A DNA stretch of 64,000 nucleotides from a bacterium (GTDB lineage Bacteria; Zhuqueibacterota; Zhuqueibacteria; Residuimicrobiales; Krinioviventaceae), in the NCBI GenBank assembly GCA_963674595.2, contig CAXXFV010000029.1:160001-224000 (forward strand), given 5' to 3'. A program made the translations under genes and the position numbers. Below are positions 20,400-31,036 of the stretch, in pieces; the first letter of the stretch is position 1; each line of letters starts with the position of its first letter. The notes beneath the pieces were generated by a model, which saw only the letters and a program-made list of their open reading frames with translations, did not search any database and had not been told where the DNA came from.

Positions 20400-21383
20400 T
20401 TATAAACCAAGCAAACGCCTGTAATAAACTCGAATACTGTTTACACCTTCCTCTGTAAAACGTGGACCTTTTACACGGGTTATTAATTTAAAAGGAAAAC
20501 CCAGTTCCTGCAAAATAATTTTTGCGCTCATGGGCCAGTAAACCGGAGCCAGGGCATAACAGGCATCCAGCAACTGGAACTGGATTTGACGGGCGCCGAC
20601 AATATCGCCCTGCTCAAATTTCACCTGCAACTCGTTCATCAGGTTCGGATAAAAATTGCCGCCGCCGCCGACACAACCGACAGCGCCCAGGCACAAATCC
20701 TGTAAATAAACCGTCTCGGCACCGGAAAAGATGGAAATTTCTTCGCCCACGGCCCGTGTCATATCAGCCATTCTCACGCCATCAACCGTGCGGTATTTTA
20801 TGGCAACAAGCCTGTCACCAACGGCATCGAGCAGGCGCCGCATCAGCGATGGTGTTGCCGCGTGGGGGCCTTCTCCACGGGGATCATACATCATAACAGG
20901 ACAACGGGTAACGTCAAAAATTTGTTTATAATAGTTAAATATGGCGTCTTCGGTGCCTTCAATATTGTCCGGCATAACAACATGAATGCCGTCCACATTA
21001 TTTTTATCGGCATATTTTGCCAGTTCCAGCACATCTTCCAGCTTTTCAGCGCCCACGCCGGCCATAACAAATTTCCGGCCCTGAGAAGCGGTCATGGCAA
21101 TGTCCATAATCTTTTTTCGTTCATCAACCTTTAACGTCAAATACTCGCTGGACCCTCCCATGGGATAGAGCATGCCTGTTTCCTGGGTGCACAGCCAGGA
21201 AATAAACAGTTCCAGCAGGTCAAAATCAATAGATTCATCTTCGTTAAAGGGCATAACAACAGGTGGTAAAACACCTCTGTATTTGCTGTGACATTCGTTT
21301 TTCATCGGGTTTCTCGATTTTCTGTTCCAGTTATAAATGCACATCATTTCTATTATTACAAGATATAAAAATATCGTTTGCAC
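20400..21383 (-). CDS. Divergent dihydrodipicolinate synthase family lyase
   Basis: GVLPPVVMPF, GGSSEY, MYDP and AIKY. Start probably near 21305. Confidence 0.8.
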   Translation of the reverse strand: MQTIFLYLVIIEMMCIYNWNRKSRNPMKNECHSKYRGVLPPVVMPFNEDESIDFDLLELFISWLCTQETGMLYPMGGSSEYLTLKVDERKKIMDIAMTASQGRKFVMAGVGAEKLEDVLELAKYADKNNVDGIHVVMPDNIEGTEDAIFNYYKQIFDVTRCPVMMYDPRGEGPHAATPSLMRRLLDAVGDRLVAIKYRTVDGVRMADMTRAVGEEISIFSGAETVYLQDLCLGAVGCVGGGGNFYPNLMNELQVKFEQGDIVGARQIQFQLLDACYALAPVYWPMSAKIILQELGFPFKLITRVKGPRFTEEGVNSIRVYYRRLLGL

Positions 21384-21461
21384 GCAAGAAAAATAAATAA
21401 TTATTGCAAAAAAAATTTGAAAATGCTTGCCGTAATTTAACGCCGGTTATAAAAGCTTGTC

Positions 21462-22808
21462 TTGGTTTCTAAAAAAAAATTGCTTAAATTTATTGATTTT
21501 GAAATTTTGATAGCAAGAAAGAACCTAGTGGCACAAAAAAAAATAATAATTATCGGAGGCGGCGCTTCAGGACTTTTTGCGGCAGGTTGTGCAGCTATGA
21601 ACGGTGCAAATGTTCTTGTGCTGGAAAAAAAAGACCGTCCCGGTAGAAAACTGTTAATTACCGGCAAAGGACGCTGCAACATAACCAATACCGCTCCCCT
21701 GCCGGAGTTTATAAACCATTTCGGCAAAAACGGACGTTTTCTCAGACAGTCTTTTAACGTTTTTTTCAACAACGATCTTGTTGAATTTTTCAAGTCCATT
21801 GGCGTGGCGACGACTACTGAACGCGGCGGACGGATTTTCCCGACCAGCAGCGAAGCCAAAGATATTGTCGACGCACTGGTGAAATGGAACCACGGCCTTG
21901 GTGTACGTATAAAAAACAGTCTCACGGTTGAAAAGCTGCTGATTGATAACAACCGCATCATCGGCGTGTCCGCTTATCCGACAGCTTCAAGGTCCGATAA
22001 ACAGCCGCCAAAAACATCGGTTGATTTTTTTGCGGATGCCGTTATCCTGGCGGCCGGCGGGTCTTCCTATCCGGCAACAGGTTCCAACGGCGCCGGCATC
22101 AAACTGGCGGCACAGGCTGGCCACACGATTGTTCCGGTACGTCCGGCGCTGGTGCCGATTATCACAGCCGGTACCTTGGCGCAGCAGTTACAGGGACTCA
22201 GTTTAAAGAACGTTACGGCAACGTTGTGGATTGATAACAAAAAAGGCCATCAGGATTTTGGTGAAATGCTTTTCACCCATTACGGCCTGTCCGGACCCAT
22301 TATTCTGTCCCTCAGCCGAAGGGTGGTCGATGCCCTGGCCGCAGGTTCACAGGTGGAAATTTCCATCGATTTAAAACCGGCCCTGGATGAACAAAAACTG
22401 GATGCCCGTCTTTTAAGGGATTTTGATGCCTCGGGCAAAAAACAGTTCCAATCCATTTTAAAAGGTCTGTTGCCGCAAAAGATGATTTCGGTGTGCTGCG
22501 AATGCACGCAGATCCCGCCGGACCTGTCTGCCGGACAAATATCCGCCAAACAGCGCAAACGTCTTTTAAACTGGCTCAAGGACGTTCGTTTTAAAGTCAC
22601 AGGTCACCGTGATTTTAACGAAGCCATTATTACAGCCGGGGGCATTGAAACAAAAGAAATAAATCCGCGTACTATGGAGTCGCGACTTGTAAACGGACTC
22701 TATTTAGCGGGAGAAGTCATAGACATAGATGCAGACACAGGCGGTTTTAATTTACAGGCCGCTTTTTCAACCGGCCGGCTGGCCGGATATGCAGCATCCC
22801 AACATTAA
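21462..22808 (+). CDS. HI0933/BaiN family FAD-dependent oxidoreductase
   Basis: GGGASG, GRKLLITGKGRCNITN, FTHYGLSGP and TGGFNLQAAFSTG. Confidence 0.92.
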   Translation: MVSKKKLLKFIDFEILIARKNLVAQKKIIIIGGGASGLFAAGCAAMNGANVLVLEKKDRPGRKLLITGKGRCNITNTAPLPEFINHFGKNGRFLRQSFNVFFNNDLVEFFKSIGVATTTERGGRIFPTSSEAKDIVDALVKWNHGLGVRIKNSLTVEKLLIDNNRIIGVSAYPTASRSDKQPPKTSVDFFADAVILAAGGSSYPATGSNGAGIKLAAQAGHTIVPVRPALVPIITAGTLAQQLQGLSLKNVTATLWIDNKKGHQDFGEMLFTHYGLSGPIILSLSRRVVDALAAGSQVEISIDLKPALDEQKLDARLLRDFDASGKKQFQSILKGLLPQKMISVCCECTQIPPDLSAGQISAKQRKRLLNWLKDVRFKVTGHRDFNEAIITAGGIETKEINPRTMESRLVNGLYLAGEVIDIDADTGGFNLQAAFSTGRLAGYAASQH

Positions 22809-22829
22809 ATTTTCACAAAAAGGAAGTAT

Positions 22830-24662
22830 ATGCGTAAAAATGAATTTAGAAATATCGCCATTATTGCCCACGTAGACCACGGCAAAACCACCCTTGTGGA
22901 CGCCATGCTGCGGCAAAGTGGTATTTTCCGGGAAAACCAGCAAGTGGAAGAACGGATTATGGACTCTATGGACCTGGAACGGGAACGCGGTATTACCATT
23001 ATGGCAAAAAATACTGCGGTCATGTACCAGGACATAAAAATCAACATTGTCGATACACCGGGTCACGCCGATTTTGGCGGTGAAGTGGAACGAAGCCTGA
23101 ACCTGGTGGACGGCGCGTTGCTGCTGGTGGATGCCAGTGAAGGCCCCCTGCCGCAAACACGGTTTGTGGTAAAAAAGGCGCTGGACAAAAACCTGCCCAT
23201 CATCCTGGTGATTAATAAAATCGACCGTAACGATGCCAGAATTGAAGAGGTGATTAATGAAGTTTACGATCTGTTTATTGAACTGGATGCCAACGACGAA
23301 CAGATCGAGTTTCCCATACTTTATACAAATGCTAAAGCCGGCACGGCCCAAACCGATTTGAACGAACCGTCCGATTCTTTAAAACCGCTTTTTGAAACCA
23401 TTATTTCACGAATTGCCGGTCCGGAAGCAGATGACGCCGCTGCAACACAGTTCCTTGTCACCAATCTGGATTATGACTCTTATGTCGGTCAGGTTGCCAT
23501 CGGACGGCTGTTTAACGGCACACTGGAAATGAACAAAGGTTATACACTCTGCGGTGAACACGCAAACACCCCCGGTATAAAACTGTCCGTGCTTTATACG
23601 TTTCAGGAACTGTCCAAAAGACAGGTACAGTCCGTGGTATCCGGTGATATTATTGCCCTGGCCGGAATTGCCGATATAAAAATCGGTGACACCATTTCAA
23701 ACCTCGAAGACCCCAAACCCCTGCCGCGTATCAAAGTGGATGAACCCACGGTTTCCATGATTTTTTATGTCAACAACAGTCCTTTTGCCGGCCGGGAAGG
23801 GAATTTTGTTACCTCCCGTCAGTTGCGCCAGCGACTGGAAAAAGAGCAGATGGGCAACGTGGCCATCGATTTGAAAATGACGGACCGTCCCGATGCTTTT
23901 GAAGTATGCGGACGCGGAGAACTGCAAATGGCCGTTTTGATTGAAACCATGCGCCGCGAAGGATACGAGTTTATGGTGTCCAAACCCCAGGTTATTACCA
24001 AAGAAATTAACGGCAAAACCTGTGAGCCGGTGGAACGCGCCTTTGTCGATGTGCCGGAAGAGTTTGTGGGTATTGTGACTGAAAAATTGTCCACACGTAA
24101 AGGCCGCATGATCAATTTGCACAACAACGGCAACGGACGTATCGATCTGGAATTTATCATTCCCTCACGCGGACTGATCGGTTTTCGCAGCCATTTTCTC
24201 ACAGACACCAAAGGGTCCGGTGTGTTTAACACCATATTCGAAGGACACGAACCCTGGTTCGGTCCCATTCCCCAGCGTGCCAGCGGCGCCCTGGTGGCCG
24301 ATCGCACCGGTCGTGTTACCATGTACGCCTGTCTCGCCATGGTGGACCGCGGCGAACTGTTTGTGCAGGTGGGTTCCGACGTATATGGCGGCATGGTTAT
24401 CGGCGAACGCAACCGCAACGGCGATCTGGACGTAAACATAACCAAGGAGAAAAAGCTGACCAACATGCGCAGCTCCACGGCCGAAGCCACAGTGACCTTG
24501 CGCCCGCCACGGCCCCTGTCTCTGGACCAGCAGATAGAGTTTATCGCCGAAGATGAACTGGTGGAAATAACCCCAAAAAATCTGCGGCTGCGCAAAATTG
24601 AACTGGACAACGCCAAACGCGCCGCCCTGCGCAAAAAAGAAAAATACGGCGACAGCGAATAG
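22830..24662 (+). CDS. typA: Translational GTPase TypA/BipA
   Basis: [40 protein letters not shown] and KKLTNMR. Confidence 0.97.
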   Translation: MRKNEFRNIAIIAHVDHGKTTLVDAMLRQSGIFRENQQVEERIMDSMDLERERGITIMAKNTAVMYQDIKINIVDTPGHADFGGEVERSLNLVDGALLLVDASEGPLPQTRFVVKKALDKNLPIILVINKIDRNDARIEEVINEVYDLFIELDANDEQIEFPILYTNAKAGTAQTDLNEPSDSLKPLFETIISRIAGPEADDAAATQFLVTNLDYDSYVGQVAIGRLFNGTLEMNKGYTLCGEHANTPGIKLSVLYTFQELSKRQVQSVVSGDIIALAGIADIKIGDTISNLEDPKPLPRIKVDEPTVSMIFYVNNSPFAGREGNFVTSRQLRQRLEKEQMGNVAIDLKMTDRPDAFEVCGRGELQMAVLIETMRREGYEFMVSKPQVITKEINGKTCEPVERAFVDVPEEFVGIVTEKLSTRKGRMINLHNNGNGRIDLEFIIPSRGLIGFRSHFLTDTKGSGVFNTIFEGHEPWFGPIPQRASGALVADRTGRVTMYACLAMVDRGELFVQVGSDVYGGMVIGERNRNGDLDVNITKEKKLTNMRSSTAEATVTLRPPRPLSLDQQIEFIAEDELVEITPKNLRLRKIELDNAKRAALRKKEKYGDSE

Positions 24663-24823
24663 ATTTTACCGCATCACTTACACATCATCACCTGCGGGTT
24701 TTGCCTCCCCCCTGTTTTGCTTACTGGGAGCCAAAACCCGTACGGTTTATTATCCCCTGTACATTATCAACACACTTTCCCCGAACCGGCACTCTCAATA
24801 GATTAAAAAACCTCAATTACCCC

Positions 24824-24884
24824 TTGCGCGGGTTTAAAATTATTTGTAAAATAAATTAACGGGGCAAAGGACGTTTGTCCTGTT
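24824..24884 (+). promoter_or_regulatory. Putative sigma70 promoter followed by a 5' hairpin with GGA in the loop
   Basis: TTGCGC-17 nt-TAAAAT, then AACGGGGCAAA-GGACG-TTTGTCCTGTT. Confidence 0.4.
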
Positions 24885-24962
24885 TTTCCACTATTATTTT
24901 TGGGTTCGAGATATATAAAAAAATGATTATGTCCTATTAGAAATTAAACTCCTGTTGTATCT

Positions 24963-25607
24963 TTGTCATATTTAATGGAGGAAAGAATTATGATTATTCG
25001 CAAAAGGCCAGGATTTAGGAGTACGGATAGCAGCATATATCTTGTAAACATAGGAACAAACAATCAAGCTGAAAAGAGCCAGCCTTCCGGGCACCTTAAA
25101 AAATCAGCATTTATACACGGGAGAAAAATTTTGACAAGGGGTATACTTTTTGTGTTTGTGCTCATTTTTTGCAGTTATTTCAATTATTTACGCGGATATA
25201 ATATTGGAGTATCATATACATTAATTCAAGCGGAGATTATAAATAAAGATAATTCTCCAATTGAAATTATGGAATATACCGCCAGTATCTCACATGGCGA
25301 TAATCCTTCTTATAATAACGGACTCAAACTTTACAACAAAAGTAATAAAAAAATTATACGTTTTGATATTCAATTTAAACTTTACGATGTTTATGGTGAA
25401 CTTTTAGAGACATTAATAGGATATAGTACCAAGCCTATCGAAGGTGGCAATTTTTTAACAACTGATTGGTGTTTTGAAGAAAATATAGAAAATGAAGGTA
25501 CCTTTATAAGTTTAAGAAGAGACGTCTCAACCGGGCACAAAACATTTGCAAGCGTTTCAAGACTTGCCTTTGAAGACGGTACGATTTGGCAGGCAGATTC
25601 AAACTGA
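24963..25607 (+). CDS. Hypothetical membrane-anchored protein
   Basis: 214-aa ORF with one TM segment. Start uncertain. Confidence 0.6.
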   Translation: MSYLMEERIMIIRKRPGFRSTDSSIYLVNIGTNNQAEKSQPSGHLKKSAFIHGRKILTRGILFVFVLIFCSYFNYLRGYNIGVSYTLIQAEIINKDNSPIEIMEYTASISHGDNPSYNNGLKLYNKSNKKIIRFDIQFKLYDVYGELLETLIGYSTKPIEGGNFLTTDWCFEENIENEGTFISLRRDVSTGHKTFASVSRLAFEDGTIWQADSN

Positions 25608-25642
25608 TAAGGATTATTTCCTCGCCACGGAGATAGTGCCGT

Positions 25643-25754
25643 GTTATTCCTGTGAAACAGGAATCCAGATAAAAGCAGGGTGCTGGTTATGCCGCACCAT
25701 TCGGAGATCCATAAAATAAATACAGTTCAGTGGTGAAGCAAAACTACACCCTGC
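25643..25754. repeat. Degenerate REP-like palindrome cluster
   Basis: TTATTCCTGTGAAACAGGAATCCAG hairpin plus CAGGGTGCTGGTTATGCCGCACCATTCG, with related copies at 31312-31378 and 33969-34014. Confidence 0.65.
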
Positions 25755-25827
25755 AACTTAGCAGGCGATATTGTAATACTTATCTTTGAACTTGAGAAAA
25801 GGGCCAAAAATATTAAATTAGTCTATT

Positions 25828-26151
25828 ATGAAAAATGGAGGCCCAATGAGCAAACGAAGACGCTTTACTGCTGAAGAAAAAGTCCAAATTTTAAGAGAAC
25901 ATTTAGAAAATAAGATCAGCATATCCGAAATAGCTAAACAATATAATATTCATCCTGTAGTTATACACAGATGGAAAAAAGAGCTCTTTGAAAATGCGCT
26001 TGACGGTTTTTCCGGCAAACATAAAAAGCGTAAAGGAAAATCTGTCAAAGAAGAACGTCTTGAAACCAAAGTCAGCAAAATGCAGGAAGTCATCACCGAA
26101 CTCTCCACAGAGGTCGTTGATTTGCGAAAAAAGTATTTTGGGGCAACCTGA
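25828..26151 (+). CDS. IS3 transposase OrfA (HTH)
   Basis: RRRFTAEEKVQIL...ISEIAKQYNIHP...RWKK. Slippery site A AAA AAG at 26127-26133 leads by -1 shift into the OrfB frame. Confidence 0.92.
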   Translation: MKNGGPMSKRRRFTAEEKVQILREHLENKISISEIAKQYNIHPVVIHRWKKELFENALDGFSGKHKKRKGKSVKEERLETKVSKMQEVITELSTEVVDLRKKYFGAT

Positions 26152-26189
26152 AAAAGACATGGGTTGCTCCTGATGTTAGAGATGATGTT

Positions 26190-27116
26190 TTGTCTTCTCT
26201 GCAAACGTTAACGGCAAAGACCGGTGTTCCTTTGAGTTTATTACTCAAGACCATTGGTTTGTCCTGGACCCGGTACTATGACTGGCAAAAACGTTTTGGT
26301 CAACCAAATCAACATAACAGCGACACACCTCGCAGCTTTTGGCTGGAACCGTGGGAGTGTCAACGTATCATAAAATACAAAAAGGAACATATGCAGATCG
26401 GCTATAAACGACTGACCTATATGATGCTTGATGAAAATGTTGTTGCTGTGAGCCCGTCAACGACCTATCGTATTCTGCGGAACGCCGGACTCACAAGTCA
26501 ATGGAATAACAGTACGTTACAATCAAATAAGAAAGGCTTTATTCAACCCAAAAGACCGCATCAGCATTGGCATATAGATATTTCCTATATTGCCTTTCAT
26601 GGTTCGCATCTCTTTTTGATTTCTGTACTGGACGGATTTTCAAGATTTATCGTTCACCATGAATTAAGAACTCATATGCAGGAATATGATGTCGAGATTG
26701 TACTGCAAAGAGCTTTGGAAAAATATCCAAATGAAAAACCTCGAATTATTTCCGATAATGGTTCACAGTTTATTGCCAATGACTTTAAATCTTTTTTAAG
26801 GTTAAATAATTTGACGCACGTTCGAACTTCGATTAATCATCCACAGTCGAATGGTAAAATTGAAGCTTTTCATAAAATCATTAAAAATGAATGCACCCGA
26901 ATTCAAAGTATGATTAATCTGGAGGATGCCAGAAATAAAGTCGTACTTTATATCCATCAATACAACTATAACCGGTTACACAGTGCTATTGGATTTATTA
27001 CACCATTTGACAAATTATCAGGAAAAGCTGATAGTATTTTCAAAGAACGTGATATGAAACTTGAACAAGCCCGCCAAAGAAGGCAGGAAAACAATAAAAT
27101 TATAAAGGCAGCTTAA
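26190..27116 (+). CDS. IS3 transposase OrfB (DDE integrase core)
   Basis: WHIDISY, ISDNGSQF, PQSNGKIEAF and YNYNRLHSAIG. Confidence 0.95.
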   Translation: MSSLQTLTAKTGVPLSLLLKTIGLSWTRYYDWQKRFGQPNQHNSDTPRSFWLEPWECQRIIKYKKEHMQIGYKRLTYMMLDENVVAVSPSTTYRILRNAGLTSQWNNSTLQSNKKGFIQPKRPHQHWHIDISYIAFHGSHLFLISVLDGFSRFIVHHELRTHMQEYDVEIVLQRALEKYPNEKPRIISDNGSQFIANDFKSFLRLNNLTHVRTSINHPQSNGKIEAFHKIIKNECTRIQSMINLEDARNKVVLYIHQYNYNRLHSAIGFITPFDKLSGKADSIFKERDMKLEQARQRRQENNKIIKAA

Positions 27117-27204
27117 AACTAACTTATTTCAAATATGCCTTTTCTCAAGTTTACCTTGAACCTTTACAATATGACTAATCATTCTTTCAACAAAGGAATT
27201 ATTA

Positions 27205-28734
27205 ATGATCAAAAAGATTAAATCTTTCCTGTTACTCAATTTTCTGCTTATTTCTTTTTTTTCTTGTAATTCATTAACTAAAAATGAAATAAATAATAAC
27301 GTTATCATAACAGGTCATATCGATCACTTTAATGAATACTCTAATAAATTTGTTTCAGTTAAAGCATTTGTAAATGAGTTTGCAAGCGGTGATCAAAAAG
27401 ACTTTACTTCACTAATTAATGCAGATGGCGATTTTGAATTACAAATCAAAAAGGATTATCCTCAGGATATTTATCTGCTATATGCTGAAAGACTTTTTAC
27501 TATTTTTGTCGTACCAGGTGAAAAAATAAATACAAATTTCAATGCACGTCTATTAGCAAAAGGAGATGATATAAATAAGGCAATCACTTTTTCAGGTAAC
27601 AGTGCAATGCTAAACACAAATATCGTTAATTATCAAACACAATATTATCAATATGTTCCTGAAAAATTTCGTGGTGACCCAGACAAGATGGCACAAAAAT
27701 TAACACCTGATGAATATTCAAAATATATTTATAATCGGAGGGAAAAGCATCGTGAATTCTTGAATAATTTTATATCGAGAAATAAAGTAAGTGAAACTTT
27801 TATAAATTGGGCTACTTTTGAAATTGATTATGATTGTGCAGAAGCTTTATTAGATTATAGCAGTCAACAAAAAAAAAGAAGAAGAAAAGAAGGTAAATCT
27901 GATAACTACGATGCACCTGAATCATATTATAAGTTTGTTGAAGAATTTAAACTAGATAATAAAAAGGCTGTGATATCATCAGCTTATAAAAGTTACATTT
28001 CAGGATATAAACATTATTTAAAAAGAAAATATTTAAAAGAAGAAGATTGGAAGAATCGAAACACATTATACAAAAAATACTATGATATGCTTTCAAAAAA
28101 TGTACAAGGTTTTTGCAGAGAAGTTTTGTTAACACAATTATTCAGTGAAGTTTTAGAAAGCAGCTATTCAAATTCCTTAGACGATTATTATCAGTCTTAT
28201 CTAAAAACCGTTGAAACAGAATATTTAAAAAATTATATAGTCACTAAATATAATTTTGTTAATAGCGATACACTCATAGAATCACCTGAAAATGCGTCTC
28301 TAAATGAATTGACAGAGCAGGTTAATAAAGATTCTTTTTTATTATCAATAATAAATGAGCATAAAGGTAATGTTATTTATATAGATTTTTGGGCAACTTG
28401 GTGTGGTCCATGTTTAGCAGTAATGCAAATATTTAATAAATTACATGAAAAGTATAAAGGTAAAAACATTTCATTTGTTTATCTTTGTTCAAGATCATCA
28501 AGAAAAATGTGGGAATCGACAATTGCTGAAAAGAAGTTAAGTGGGCATCATTATTTTTTAAATAATAAACAATTTGAACTAATTAGCCCTTCATTCGGCA
28601 TTGTTAGTTTTCCTCATCATGCCATAATTGATAACAAAGGTAAGATAGTGAAAAAAAAGGCCGAAAGCCCAAGTATTGGTTATGGTAAAGAAATTAACCA
28701 AAAATTGATAAACGATTTAAATAATCTATTATAA
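27205..28734 (+). CDS. TlpA/redoxin family lipoprotein
   Basis: Lipobox FFSC; C-terminal YIDFWATWCGPC thioredoxin motif. Confidence 0.88.
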   Translation: MIKKIKSFLLLNFLLISFFSCNSLTKNEINNNVIITGHIDHFNEYSNKFVSVKAFVNEFASGDQKDFTSLINADGDFELQIKKDYPQDIYLLYAERLFTIFVVPGEKINTNFNARLLAKGDDINKAITFSGNSAMLNTNIVNYQTQYYQYVPEKFRGDPDKMAQKLTPDEYSKYIYNRREKHREFLNNFISRNKVSETFINWATFEIDYDCAEALLDYSSQQKKRRRKEGKSDNYDAPESYYKFVEEFKLDNKKAVISSAYKSYISGYKHYLKRKYLKEEDWKNRNTLYKKYYDMLSKNVQGFCREVLLTQLFSEVLESSYSNSLDDYYQSYLKTVETEYLKNYIVTKYNFVNSDTLIESPENASLNELTEQVNKDSFLLSIINEHKGNVIYIDFWATWCGPCLAVMQIFNKLHEKYKGKNISFVYLCSRSSRKMWESTIAEKKLSGHHYFLNNKQFELISPSFGIVSFPHHAIIDNKGKIVKKKAESPSIGYGKEINQKLINDLNNLL

Positions 28735-28769
28735 AAATGTAAAGCAGGTAACAAAGTAATACCCCCGCT

Positions 28770-28819
28770 CGCCCTGGAAAACATTTCCAGGGCGCAAATC
28801 AGGCGGGGTATGTACCCCG
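28770..28819. repeat. Left REP-like hairpins of the RAYT locus
   Basis: CGCCCTGGAAA-ACA-TTTCCAGGGCG and CGGGGTA-TG-TACCCCG. Confidence 0.85.
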
Positions 28820-28856
28820 ATAAAACAAAATTTAAAGAAACCATTGTACAGATAAA

Positions 28857-29408
28857 ATGAAACACTATAAAACCCAAAATGATTCTAATGTTTATTTTTC
28901 CACATGTACTATTGTGCAATGGCAATGTCTTTTTATAGAGCAAAAATATTTTCAGATAATAACAAACAGCTTAAACTATTGTATTAAAAACAAAGGACTG
29001 TCTATTATCGCGTATGTTATTATGCTTAACCATCTGCATTTAGTAACAGTTAATACAAAAGAAACCGTATTGTCCAACATCATGCGGGATTTCAAACGGT
29101 TTACATCCATACAGATTGCCGGACAATTGGAAAAAGACAACAAAAAATTGCTGCTGCATATTTTCAACAAAGCTGTGGAAGGCAGAGCAAAATCACAACA
29201 ATATAAAATATGGCAGGATGAATTCCATCCTAAAGCTGTTTATACACCCGATTTTTTAACACAAAAATTGGAATATATTCACAACAATCCGGTCAGAAAA
29301 GGACTGGTACAAGAACCTGAACAGTGGCGTTACAGCAGCGCACAAATGCTATTTATGAACGAAAAGAATGATGTAAACATTAATATGAATCTGCTATTTG
29401 AGGACTGA
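28857..29408 (+). CDS. REP-associated tyrosine transposase (RAYT, Y1 HUH nuclease)
   Basis: YFSTCT, AYVIMLNHLHL (HUH), MRDFKRFTS, IWQDEFH, YIHNNPV and WRYSSA; flanked by hairpins. Confidence 0.93.
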   Translation: MKHYKTQNDSNVYFSTCTIVQWQCLFIEQKYFQIITNSLNYCIKNKGLSIIAYVIMLNHLHLVTVNTKETVLSNIMRDFKRFTSIQIAGQLEKDNKKLLLHIFNKAVEGRAKSQQYKIWQDEFHPKAVYTPDFLTQKLEYIHNNPVRKGLVQEPEQWRYSSAQMLFMNEKNDVNINMNLLFED

Positions 29409-29411
29409 TCA

Positions 29412-29459
29412 GGGCAAATGCCCCATTTTTTTAACGCCCTGGAAAAAATATCCAGGGCG
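29412..29459. repeat. Right REP-like hairpins of the RAYT locus
   Basis: GGGCA-AA-TGCCC and CGCCCTGGA-AAAAATA-TCCAGGGCG. Confidence 0.85.
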
Positions 29460-29490
29460 AGCAATTTTCTAACAAAATACTTTTAAGGCC

Positions 29491-29985
29491 ATGAAAATAT
29501 ATCCTGTCACATTCGTTTTTATATTTACGGTATCGCTTACCTTATCGTGTATACGCCTTACTCTCAATCCGGATATTGATATTAAATCAAAAGTTATTGA
29601 TGCGGACACAAAGCAGCCGCTTAAAGGATGTGATATTATTCTAGTTGGTGTTTATTATCGGGTGACATCTCCACCGGATTATTTTTCGAATTGTGATACG
29701 TTGAAAAACTCTGATAAATTTCAACCCATGCTCGAAAATTATATACGGAACTATAATCCTGAGGAAAAAACAATGTATAAAACGCAAACAGATGATAATG
29801 GTGTATTTTTAATTACAAATATAAAACAAAAACATTGGTGGCCGATAGGTGTGGTAGATCCTCCTTTTTTTGTTGTGGTAGCATTAATAATTGAAAAAGA
29901 TGGCTATAATCGAAAAATTTTGGGTACAAGTAATACATGTAAAAATATTGATGCAACAATTGAGTTAAAAAGTTCGCATTTATAA
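29491..29985 (+). CDS. Hypothetical lipoprotein (carboxypeptidase-regulatory-like beta sandwich)
   Basis: Lipobox TLSC; VIDADTKQPL and TDDNGVF motifs. Confidence 0.65.
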   Translation: MKIYPVTFVFIFTVSLTLSCIRLTLNPDIDIKSKVIDADTKQPLKGCDIILVGVYYRVTSPPDYFSNCDTLKNSDKFQPMLENYIRNYNPEEKTMYKTQTDDNGVFLITNIKQKHWWPIGVVDPPFFVVVALIIEKDGYNRKILGTSNTCKNIDATIELKSSHL

Positions 29986-30200
29986 TCAGCACAGCAAAAA
30001 CAGGGCTTGCCCCTTATTAGTGGTCTAAAGACGGGGTATTTATCCCAAAATAAGCACAGAAAAGTAAAAAAATATAAATATGTTATTTGGGCAGGGCTTA
30101 AGTACAGGTAAATTATCGAACCTGGAAAAGAATATGAGTCAAGTGAATTTGGAATTTTAAATAATAAACAAGAAACCAAATATTAATTGAAAAAGGTACC

Positions 30201-30992
30201 GTGATGTTTATCGCATACTATGACGAGTCAGGTGATGATGGATATCCATACTATTCATCTCCAATTTTTGTTTTAACATCCATATATCTTTATTATCTTA
30301 ACTGGAAAGAAATTTATAAAAATATTAGAAATTTCCGGCACCAATTAAATGCTGATTTTGGAATTCCGGTAAAAATGGAGATACACACAAAATATCTTTT
30401 ACTAAATAAGAATCCATATAGAAAATTAAATTTTTCTGACGATGATAGAATATTAATAATTGATTTATTTTGTGATTTAATATCCAGCCTGGAAATAAAA
30501 ATCGTAAATGTTGTAATAAATAAAACAACTATTCAATCACCAGGTTATAAAGTATTGGATCGTGCTCTGACATATTCTATCCAAAGGATCGAAAATGATT
30601 TGAATAAAATCGACCCGGCAAAAAAATTTCTTATTATAACGGATGAAGGCAGGGTCGGGAAAATGAAATATACTACAAGAAAAATCCAAAGATTAAATTT
30701 TATCCCTTCAAAATACAGCACAAATGTTTATCGGCAAGAAATTCTTTCTTTAATTGAGGATCCATTACCCAAAAATTCAAAAGAATCATATTTTATACAG
30801 TTGTCAGATTTAGTTGCTTATATTGTATACCTTTATTCAATTTTAAATTTAAAAACAGGAAATTTTTCAAATCGTCTACCAGACAAGGTAAATGAAAATA
30901 AAATCATTGAATGGATGGAAAAACTTGAGGGAAGTTTGAATTTAGAAGCATCAAGCAGTGATAAATATGGTGTTGTCTGTTACCCAAAATAA
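30201..30992 (+). CDS. DUF3800 domain protein (RNase H-like fold)
   Basis: N-terminal YYDESG, MEIH, ITDEG and C-terminal IQLSDLVAY, matching the DUF3800 pattern as recalled. Confidence 0.85.
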   Translation: MMFIAYYDESGDDGYPYYSSPIFVLTSIYLYYLNWKEIYKNIRNFRHQLNADFGIPVKMEIHTKYLLLNKNPYRKLNFSDDDRILIIDLFCDLISSLEIKIVNVVINKTTIQSPGYKVLDRALTYSIQRIENDLNKIDPAKKFLIITDEGRVGKMKYTTRKIQRLNFIPSKYSTNVYRQEILSLIEDPLPKNSKESYFIQLSDLVAYIVYLYSILNLKTGNFSNRLPDKVNENKIIEWMEKLEGSLNLEASSSDKYGVVCYPK

Positions 30993-31030
30993 AAACACCA
31001 CCTACGGCGCATTCGCACTTTCAGTGGTTC
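30990..31030 (-). ncRNA. Candidate small structured RNA convergent on the DUF3800 gene
   Basis: GAACCACUGAAAGUGCGAAUGCGCCGUAGGUGGUGUUUUU: outer stem ACCAC/GUGGU, inner stem GUGC/GCGC, U-tail; starts about 7 nt after a TATAAT box. Confidence 0.6.
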
Positions 31031-31036
31031 ATTAAA

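Larger units (their letters stand above)
25772..27168 (+). mobile_element. IS3-family insertion sequence, apparently intact (1397 bp)
   Basis: TG...CA termini; imperfect IRs (TGTAA...AACTTGAGAAAAGG at both ends); 4-bp target duplication ATAT (25768-25771 and 27169-27172). Confidence 0.93.

Noticed and set aside
23819-24634. 271-aa antisense ORF and similar long antisense ORFs over gntP and the PLP enzyme
   Set aside because: They lie opposite well-supported genes and show no recognisable motifs
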